The translations under genes and the position numbers were made by a program. Below are positions 1 to 9,900 of a stretch of 41,279 bases of DNA, piece by piece. The DNA is from an uncultured Clostridia bacterium (GTDB taxonomy: Bacteria > Bacillota > Clostridia > UBA1381). The notes beneath the pieces were generated by a model. That model was given only the letters and a program-made list of their open reading frames with translations. It ran no database searches and was not told the DNA's origin. The DNA lies in NCBI GenBank assembly GCA_949742185.1, contig CATJNN010000208.1, positions 1-41,279 of the forward strand, read 5' to 3'. Each line of letters starts with the position of its first letter. The first letter of the stretch is position 1.

Positions 1-16
1 GTTAAAAAATATAAAT

Positions 17-781
17 ATGTTGACATGGGATTCTGAACAATATTTAAAATTTAAAAAACAACGAACCCAACCTGCTATAGATTTAGCAAAACGAATTTCT
101 AACCGTAATCCTTTTAATATATTAGATATTGGCTGCGGTCCCGGAAACAGTACAGCAATTTTAAGAGACTTTTTCCCCACAGCAAAAATTCTTGGAGTTG
201 ACAGCTCAGAGGAAATGATAAAAAAAGCAAGAGAATCTAATTCTAATATAAACTTTAAACTTTGCGATGTTCTATCAGAATTAGATTCTCTTGATAAATA
301 CGATATTATCTTCTCAAATGCTTGTCTTCAATGGATTCCAAACCATAAAAGCTTTATACCCAAATTATTTGACAAATTAAACACAAATGGTATTCTTGCT
401 GTTCAAATACCTATGAATTCTCAAGAGCCTTTATTTAAAATTATGGATAATGTTGTTAAAAATCCTAAATGGAATTTTAGTGACAAAACTGAAATAAACG
501 AAACTTTATCTCCTAGCCAGTATTTTGATATACTTTCTCTTTGTTCAACAAGTTTTGATATATGGGAAACCGTATACTATCACAATATGACGTCTATTCA
601 AAATATGATTGAATGGATAAAAGGAACACGACTAAGACCCTATCTAGATTTGCTTGACAATACAGACGCAAAAAAATTAGAAAAAGAAATTACAGACCAA
701 ATCTCGTCTGTATATAAAAAACAAATAAATGGTGAGATTATATTTAAATTCCGAAGATTTTTCTTTATTGCAACCAAATAA
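17..781 (+). CDS. tam: Trans-aconitate 2-methyltransferase-like class I SAM-dependent methyltransferase (Tam family), 254 aa, complete
   Basis: ORF 17..781. These elements are colinear with my recollection of E. coli Tam (252 aa): N-terminal W-D-x-x-x-Y-L-x-F-x-x-x-R-x-x-P-A, SAM motif I ILDIGCGPGNST, DSSEEMI, IFSNACLQWIPNH, GILAVQIP and C-terminal GTRLRPYL. The length also matches. Only 16 nt lie upstream, so RBS and promoter cannot be judged. Confidence 0.85.
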   Translation: MLTWDSEQYLKFKKQRTQPAIDLAKRISNRNPFNILDIGCGPGNSTAILRDFFPTAKILGVDSSEEMIKKARESNSNINFKLCDVLSELDSLDKYDIIFSNACLQWIPNHKSFIPKLFDKLNTNGILAVQIPMNSQEPLFKIMDNVVKNPKWNFSDKTEINETLSPSQYFDILSLCSTSFDIWETVYYHNMTSIQNMIEWIKGTRLRPYLDLLDNTDAKKLEKEITDQISSVYKKQINGEIIFKFRRFFFIATK

Positions 782-885
782 AACCCTAAATTACATATAA
801 AAACTCCAATTAATACATTAATACATACCAGCAGCAGACATCACACAGCGCTAATACGACGCCTGTTGTCTGTTTAAAACCAAAA

Positions 886-919
886 CAGAGGGGATACGGC
901 TTATGCCGTATCCCCTCTG
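886..919. terminator. Bidirectional intrinsic terminator hairpin shared by the convergent tam and giant genes
   Basis: Perfect 15-bp inverted repeat CAGAGGGGATACGGC (886-900) / GCCGTATCCCCTCTG (905-919) with 4-nt loop TTAT. It is followed by TTGTTCTT on the + strand and, read on the - strand, by TTTTGGTTTTAAA. It lies 105 nt after the tam stop and 6 nt after the giant-gene stop. Confidence 0.8.
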
Positions 920-925
920 TTGTTC

Positions 926-3900
926 TTAGTATGCCTCAAGCACTGCTCTTCTTGTGTTCGACGCGCTGCTGTTGTCCAGCACCATCGCCTTCTGTCCAAG
1001 ATTCATGCATACTATAGATATGTCTCTTGTGTCTATCAGCCCGTCTCCGTTTACGTCGCACAATGCTTTTGTGTAGTATCCTACAGGACCCTGCATTGTC
1101 GCCTGCGTTCCAGCAGAACTGTTCGTAACCGTGTCGTCTTTAACCTTTTCGTCAGAAACATTTTCAGACTCAGTCTCATCGGTGTTATCAGCGCTGCTGT
1201 TATCACCGTCTGTATCGGATTTTTCGCTGTTGTCTGCTTCTGTGTTTTCTGTTTCGGTTTTTTCAGCCGGTTCGTCGTCTTCGTCTGCATCTGTTTCCGG
1301 TTTGTCTGCCGGTTCAGCCAATTCTGCTGTTTCAGCTTCTTCGGCTGTTTCGAGCTCTTCCTCGTTTGCTCCGAAGAACAAAGCTTCTGAGCTGCCGGAA
1401 TCGGAATTGTCGGACGCGGAGCTGTCGGAGCCGCTGTCTGATGATGCAGGAGCGTCTTCTGACGGAGTGTTTGTGTCAGGAGTTTCCGGAGCAGGAGCTT
1501 CTTCCGACGGTTCGTTTTCGTCGGGAGTTTCCGGAGCAGGAGCTTCTTCTGACGGTTTGTTTTCGTCAGATTTGTCGGAGCTGCCGTCTCCGCCTATAAC
1601 CTCTGCGTCTTTGTCTTTCACGTCGTTTCCTGTATTCTGAGACGACATATCCTGCATTATATCCCAGTACATGAGCATTGTGAACTCGTTTATATCAGCC
1701 TGATCGATTATATCCTTGCTGTCGCCGTCGGGAATGAAGTCACCGACAGTGATACGGCATCTGCCGAAGTTGTATTTAGCTTTGGCAAACGTTTTCTGAA
1801 CAACAATATTTTCTATTGTGTAATCAAGATAAGCGTCGCGGCTTATTACAAGCTTGAAGTTGCCGTCTTCAAGCGGAAGGATTTCGAACAAGCCTGTCTG
1901 ACCGACATTGTATACCATGTTGCCCTGGGTGTTTATTTCTGCCGGCGTCCATATAGGCTCGCCGGTTCCGGAGTCAACGCCGGTCTGTTTATACAGACGA
2001 ATCTGAGCCGAGTGACCCTTGTTTGCGGAGCTCGGAGCTATAACGGACGTTTGAACCGTACCTTTCAGATATGTCTGAACTACAGGATTAGCGGTTTCGG
2101 TGTCTCTCTTAAGAACTATTGTGTAAATACCCATCTTGCCGTCATGCTGAACGGTTATTTTCACAGTGAATTCTTTCTTGTCAAGAGCGAGTCCGAAGTT
2201 GTGTTTAGCCGCCGTGCCTGCCGGAGGCGTCTTTGTGGACGCTGTTCCGTCGGTAAGCTGGAAGGTGTAGGTTGCCTCGCTGCCGTCGTCCACTAACGCC
2301 TCGAAGTTAATCTCAGGCAGAAGCGGATCTATGAGAATGCTGTATTCATCCACATCAGGATCGAAGCCGTTTACCGTTCCGTTTTCAGGATCCGCGCCCT
2401 GAACGAGCGTAAGCTCCTTATCGGCATTGTCAAAGGCTTTCAGACCGCCGAGTTTCTTCGTGTTTTCACGCGTTACTTTAAGTATATAAGTAAACGGTGT
2501 TTCGTAATCGTTAGCGCCTGTGCCGCTTATGGTGATGAAGAAGTAGCTTACTTTTTCCTCTGTGCCCAGTGAGTAGTTCTGCGGCAGGTAGTTAACGTTA
2601 TTCGGGGTTGTATTGCCGTTGTAGGTTATAACAACCTCGTAATCGTCGCCGGCTCCCGTGCCTGCCTGAGCTGTCAGCCAGATATCTGTCTGTGTAATAG
2701 GAAGCGTTACTTCCTGAAGCGGTACATTCTTGCGGAAGGTGAAGCCGTCAAACGAAGTCTGATCGGTTTCATTCGGAGCAACAATAAGGTTTTCAAGACG
2801 TGCTGTACCGTCTTTTCTCGGACCGCGTTTTACGGTTATTTCATATGTTCCTGTTTCCTGAGTCGCTATTCTTGTGACTGTTACATATATAACAACCGTT
2901 GCTTCGTCCGATTCAAACATTGACAGCGGGAGCATAATGTCTTTCGCTTCAACGCCGCTTGTCATGCTTCTTTCCAGAAGATCAGCGCCTACTCTGTAGG
3001 TTATTCTGTAGTTAGACGGATCGTCGCCTTCATCAGCGCCCCATGCTGTCGCCGTAAGGCTTACGGTGCGGTCTGTATAATCTATTGTTGTCTCATAACG
3101 GGCCTTTTCGCTGTCCCACGTATTGTTTCCGTCGTCGGTATTTACCGCGGTGAGCTCATACATGCCGTCTCCGTCAGCTGTTTCGTCTGTAATCTCAAGG
3201 TTCTTGAGAGTGCAGCCGAGAACAGGCTCGTCGGAGCGTTCAACCGTAAGAGTATACTCGCCGAATGTCACGTCTGTTTCGTAAACGCGTATTATCACCT
3301 TAAACGTCTTTCCTTCGCCGGAATCCTCGTCTATAAGCGGAAGATTCTTAAAGGTAAGAGTCTTATATGAGTTCATACCGTCTGAAGCCTCGCGGAACAT
3401 GTTCGGATTTCCGTCTCCGTCTGTTCCGTCCGTATCAATCGCCATAGTAACCTTGCCGCCCGGAGTCTGATAGCCGTTTAACACGTCTACCGTGAACTCT
3501 TTTGCAGCCTCGCTTATGCGCACTTTATATTCGCGTTTAGCGGGGTTAAACTTCTCTATCATCGCTGCGTTGCGCGTCTGTATATCGAGCGCAATCGGCT
3601 TATCGGTGTTATAGGCATGAACAATGTATTCGTTAACATCCTCGTAGCCGTTTGCCGAGAAGCGCGTTACGCGGAATATGAAGTCTGACGAATTTGTATC
3701 GGTGTTTATCTGCTGCATGATGTAGCCCGGCAGACCGTCTATAAGCGCGTACGACTTATCGAGATCGTTATACAGTTCCACATACGGCTGCGCGTCGCCC
3801 GACGATACCGCGGCTGCCTTTGCAAACATGTATATAATACCGTTTGTTCCGGAAGCGTCTATCGGTGCGTCGTATTCAAACACCTTGCTGCTGAACGGCT

Positions 3901-6900
3901 GAACAAACTCTGCCTGAACATCATTTGTCGAATCGCCGTCCGTATTCATCATAATCATATCCAGATACGGGCTTAACGGTTTCGCCGCCATGCGTTCAAC
4001 GTAGAGAATGTAGTCGCGTTCATGCAGTCCATCCTCTGTTACAACGCGTATATCAAAGCGGTCTGTATCCGTGGTTACAGCATATCTTGCCTTATGCGAG
4101 CCGGATACGTCTTTTGCCACCGGCGCGCCGTTTATATACAATTTGTCTGACGGATTTGCAGTTTGTATATCCATTGTAACCGTCTGAGCGGCGTTTGCTA
4201 TAACAACAGTCTGAACGTCCGCGTCAGGATTAAAGGTAAATACAGGCGTTACAGCAGACGCTTCGTCTACCGTTACATTATTAATCTTAGCGGCCGTGTT
4301 TTTCTTTATGAACGTTACGCTGTAGGTCTGTCTTACACCGCCGTTTGTAACGCTTATTGTTTTAACCGTTACCGCGCCGGATGTGCTGACAGCTCCCGTT
4401 CCGCTCACCTGAGCGTCCGCAGATTTTGCAGCCGCGCTGATATTCACTGAATCCGTGCCGTCAGGCAGATATACGTAGTAGTTCATCTGTCTCGGGTCAA
4501 ATCCCGGTTTGATATCAAAGCCTGTAACTTCAAGGCTCTTAAGGTCTGCAACATTTGCCTCTTCATACGTATCCTTCACGTTAATACGGAGGGTGTACAT
4601 ATTATCAGGCGTTATGCCTGCCGAGTTCTTGTACAGAGATATTGTAACCGTGTTGTAGCCGTGATTCAGATTAAGAGTCATAGGACCTGTATACTGATCG
4701 CCGTTTACTTTAACGATTACGCCGTCGTCGCTTGTGAGCGTCAGAACCGCCTTAGGCGTTACCTCGTACGGCAGAGATACATAGTAGTTTCTCTCGCTGC
4801 GTCTGAATACAGGGGATATTGTTCCCTTGTCAAGCTTAAGGCTTGTGAGCGCGCAGTTTGCGTCGGCGCTGCCCGGACGTATTACCTTAACAATGTAATG
4901 CACTGTCGTCTGGGTAGGATTGCCGGATACGGCCTGGCTTATGCCGGTCACAATCACGTCAATATAGTTCTCGCCGTGATTGAGAGCTATAGGATCAGGC
5001 CAGTTATCCTGAGCCGCGTCGTATGTATAAACCATGTTGTTTATACGTACCGACGGGCTTGCCGTTGTCTCATCCTGTACAATCGCTCTTAAGCTTATGC
5101 TTTCCGTGTCCTCGTCAACATATATAGTGTTGAAGTGTATTTCAGGGCTGAAGCCCGGGTTCGGCGTATACGCTTCCTTAACCTGAAGGAGCGCCGACGG
5201 AACTGAGCTGTTCGGCTCCTGACGGTTTATAACGATTGTGTAGCGGCTTATGTCGCCTAAAGTATTATTAAGCTCAACCGTTACTATATTATCGCCGTAA
5301 ACCAGACCGGAAATTGTCTTTGTCTTAATCTGCGCGTCAGGATCTGACGGGCTGCTTGATATTATTCCATCTCCGTCGCCGTTAATATAAATATTAGCGG
5401 CAGGAATCATAATATTTCCTATTGAGTCTCTTACAGGCGCGGTCATAACCTCAATATCTACGCTCTGCTCGGAAGCCGGAACATTCACATAGTATGAATA
5501 TTCATTCGGAGCGAACGCAGGATTAAGCGTATGCTCTGCGCCGCCGGACGACTTAACCTTAATGTCGGCAGCTTCAGGCAGATAGTCGCTCACTGCGCGC
5601 CGTACCGTAACCTGATATGTCTTTGTCGTGCCGTTTTCAGTTTCAACACGAAGCGCTATAACCGTGTCGCCGCTGCTGAGAGACGCTATGCTGCGTACTA
5701 CTCCGCTTCCCGCGACTGTTTCGCTTCCGCCGTCTACGCTCATGTATATCTTAGTGCCTTCCGGTTCTCTTGCGACAGGAGTGAGGTCTAACGAATCCTG
5801 ATTTGCAGGATATGTCAGATAATAATTTGTTATGTCGCTGTTGAATATCGGCGTAAGCGTGCCGCCCGGTGTGTGTCCAAGCGCTATGAGATCTGCCGTC
5901 TGAGGCGGTCTTGCGCGGTTAATGTTTATTACATAAACCTTTCTCGTCGTAATTTCCGCCTGCGCGGCGTCCTGACCGGTTGTTACCGCTGTTATTACTA
6001 TATGGTTATTTCCTACAACCAGAGGTATGTCGTTCGCGGTGAATACCGGACCCGCGCCCTCAATATCGTAATCCTGAGTCTCGCTTCGTACCTGAACCAT
6101 AGGAATAATTTCAGAAGCATTGCCGCCTGTTGTGTTTATAGTCAGGCTTATGCTTTCCGTCGAGCTCGGAACGGACAGCGAGTATGTCTCATTTGCCACT
6201 GAGAAGCTTGGCGTGAGCTGCCTTGAGCTCGGGGTAATATTTGTAAGACCGTCGCTTTGTCTCGCGCCTCTCATTCTGTTAACCGTCAGCGTGTAATATC
6301 TGATCTGGTCGCAGCCGTTCGCACCGTCGTTTACAATCACCTTAAAGGCGAATCTGTTTTCTCCCGATGTGTAGTTAAGCGCTATAGGCACTCCGCTTGA
6401 AATCATTGTCGGCGCTGCGTACGACTGCATTGTTACAGGATCTATACGCTCAACCGTGATATTGTTTGCATATGAGCTCTTGACTATTGTCAGCTCGTCG
6501 CTTGAAACATTTGAGCCTACGACAGCGTAGTAGTTATAGTCATACTTAGCCTGCGAGAACACGCGGGTTACGTCGGCGTTCTTAAGCTTCATATTGTCTA
6601 TATAAGCCACTCCCTGAACTGATGAGGTTGACGCGTCGCGCACAAGTCTTACTATATACTCGAACGTCGCCATGCTCTCATTGTTCGCCTGAATGTTTAT
6701 AACAACCTCCATAGGAGTATCCGGGCTCTTCGAGGTTGGAATATCATTATAATCAATCTCGATTGTGCCGTCGGCTGTAAGCTGCTGCGGAGCCGAGTCT
6801 ATAAGATTATTCTCATTATATCTGCGTCTGTATGTTATTGTGTAGCCCTGGCTTCTCGGCGTAGGCTTAATAACAACCTTCGGCACAGATAAATCTCCGG

Positions 6901-9900
6901 TATCAGGATCCTTCTGTTCTTCATGGGACTCGTCAAGCATAACCGCGTACACGTTTATATCCTGTCTGAACATCGGATGCAGCGGATAATATACGTCTTT
7001 GCCCTCGCTGTCTCTGCCTATTGTTATACGCAAATCTTCAAGGTATGCGATTGACGGGTCGTAATCCAGAACAACGCTTACAGTGTATGTTCTTCTTGCT
7101 GTCTTATCCTCGCTTATTACCTCAAGACTCAGAGTGTTTACGCCTCTTGTAAGCCCTGTCATTGTGTAGCTGTTAGACGGACCTGTCAGCGTACGCGTGT
7201 CGGTATCGCCATTTGAGTTCATAGCGGTAAGCTTAATGGTAGCTCTCGGATCCATAGGAACTATGGACGAGAAGTCTACAGCCGCCGTATTTACGCGGAT
7301 TTCGTAATTAAGCTTATCCTTATCAAATATATTTGTCAGCAATCCGGAGGCCGTATCAAGCTCTTTAAGTCTCGCGTCGTTCGACATCTTTCTTATATAG
7401 AGCGTGTATACCTCCCACGCGTCTGACGAACCCGCGTTTCTCACATAAATCTTGGTTTCGGTTGTGTCAGACGTTGTGCTCAGAAGAATACCCGTATTGT
7501 TTCCCGCGGAATCCTCCGGCGTTGTAAACTGTGTGGTTGTTCCGGCGTCAGGAGACTGAACGTCAAGCGTTCCTATTCTCACTTCTTTGCCGTCGTCAAG
7601 CGTGTTAACTCTCAGCGCCACATTTACCGTGCTGTTAGGCACGCCGAGCTCAAACGTCTTCTCTTCTGTTGCCGACATCATAGCTCCTATCGGATTCGTA
7701 TATCCGAGAGCCGCGTTTGCCGGATCTGTCGGGTCAAAGCTTCTCTTTGTCGTGTCAGGATTAACATCGCCGTATATGCTTATTATATCTCCCGAAACAG
7801 GGATGAGCTTAAGCGTGTATGTTCCTGTAACAACCGCGCTTCCGTCGCCCGGATCTACCGAAACGGTTATATTAACCTTGTTAAGCTCGTTATCGGCGTC
7901 AAGATCCGGTATCGCTATAACAGCTTCCGCGCCTGCCGACGGAGACTGAGCGCTCGTTGAGTTATGAACATAGTTAAGCGTCGTTATACCTCTCGCGTCA
8001 GCCGCCTTAGCCGATACAGTATGCGCTCTGTCCGGAGCAACGTACGCGTAGTACAGATTCTGGTCGCTGCTGTCCTGCATAGCCGGCATGCCGTCTACTC
8101 GGATATACGCAGTTGTCGCTTCCGTAGGCTTGCGGTAGATATTAATCTGATATTTCTCAGTTTTCTGTCCGTCCTCGCTTGTTACATGCAGGCGCAGACG
8201 GTTCATGCCGTAGCTGAGATTTATCGGCGTATTATCTGCAGCCGCGGAAGTATCTATAACCGTAGCCTTCGTGTCTACAGGACTCCATCCTCCGCCGGCT
8301 GTCTCGCGCAGGAGCTGAAGTATTGTGCTAGCTCCGTCATGGTCATGAGCGGCTTTTGCGAACACATCAGCAACCGATACGTCGGCGTTTACATTAACGC
8401 TGTATACATAATAATCGTCAATCTTAGCCGGCAGTGAAGCAGGGTTAAACACAGGGTCAAGCGTGTAAGCCTCGCCGTCCGTGTTTCTCACCTCAAGCTC
8501 CTTAAGGAACGCATCGTCAGACAGCTTGTGTATGTTAATCTTATACGTCTTCTTGTAGTTCGGAACCATGAGCACAACAGGAATTGTTGTAAACTCGTTA
8601 TTTCCCGTAACATTTTCAAGCGTATTTCGTACATACAGCGGACTATTATTCGAGTCTACTGTCTGTTCCTGTTCAACCTCGCCGCCTATCTTAATCTTCG
8701 TGGCATACTTCGACGGGTCGTAAGCCGTGCCGTACAGATCGCTGAAGAACTTGTCAACATTCAGCATGGTCTGGTATGCAAGCGCCGAAACTCTGTAATT
8801 GTCAGTGTCGGAAGCGCGCGGCGACGTATATTCGAGCACAGCCTTATCAAAGTCTCTGTCAAAGGCAATTCCCGTTAACGCCTCTCCGAGCTTCTTCTCA
8901 AGCGTCATATCGTCGAGGAACACGTCAAAGTCTACATAATTAATTTTCAGAACATATACATGCGGCGTATTGTCTCCGTCGCTGTTCGGAATAATCTCTA
9001 CGTTATACAGATTATCCACAGGCATCTTGGTAAGATTTGTAACAGTCGTCGTAAGCGTTCCGTCCACGTTTCCAAGCCACTCTTCTCCCGGACGCGAAAT
9101 GCCTCTGAGATTAATTGTAGCGCTCGGACTCGTGGAACGTATCTCAACCGTTGCTATATTCTGCTTATTATATACATACGCTTCGTACGTCACCTGACCG
9201 TTTATCTTGGTATCTGACTGAACAACCTCGTTGCCGTCAACCATAATGGTTGCAAGCGTGTTGTCGAGCGTCTTTCTGGATATAGAAACTATATACGTCT
9301 TGTCAAGTCTTACCCATACGCCCTCGTCAGACTTTCTCCATATTATGATAGGTACGTTTGTTATAACATTCGGAAGAGCTACATCCTTATCTATTACCCA
9401 CCAGTCGTTCTGAGACTGCATTAGTTCAGGATCATTATCGCCTATCTGAATCTTATACTGCTCTCTTGTGTTCGGGTTAGGCATAGTTACCGCAACAATC
9501 GCTTTTGTCTCGTTGTACGGCAGAGTTTCCTTCTTAATAAAGGTTACCCCATCGGCTTCAAGCGTAAGCAGCTCATTGTTGTCGTTAACTCTAACCTGCG
9601 GAATGGTTTCATCCGCGTAACGGCTTATAAGAACATTGTAATAGTTAAACGTTCCCGTCGAGCCGTCCTCATTGAGAACTCGCACCGCCGCTATAAGCTC
9701 TCTGCGTTCTTTTTCGAGCTTAATATCGCGGATAAGAAGCTTTGTCGGAGTATCGTTTACGCTTGAAGCTATCAAAGCTCCCAGCGAGCTGTCGTTCGCT
9801 CCCGGCTCGTAAAGCTCTACGATAACGTTGTCCTTCATTGCCTCAACCGTGAGAGTTACGTCAATTTCCTCACCGGCAGGTTTTGTTGTGAACACATTAC

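Noticed and set aside
835-872. Second hairpin in the intergenic region (CAGACA 835-840 / TGTCTG 867-872)
   Set aside because: It has only a 6-bp stem with a 26-nt loop, which is too weak to call as a terminator or riboswitch element. The strong hairpin at 886-919 suffices for both genes.
782-925. Possible small RNA, tRNA or promoter in the 144-nt intergenic spacer
   Set aside because: There is no cloverleaf-compatible pairing. Both flanking genes converge on this spacer, so no promoter is required, and apart from the terminator the sequence is plain AT-rich spacer.
920-1640. Plus-strand ORFs 920-1390, 1131-1640 and 1366-1599 (Ser/Phe/Cys/Val-rich)
   Set aside because: They are complements of the acidic GA[AG]/GA[CT]/TC./AC. 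low-complexity linker of the giant gene. Ser/Phe runs are the expected mirror of Glu/Asp/Ser codons. The ORF at 920 also overlaps the terminator.
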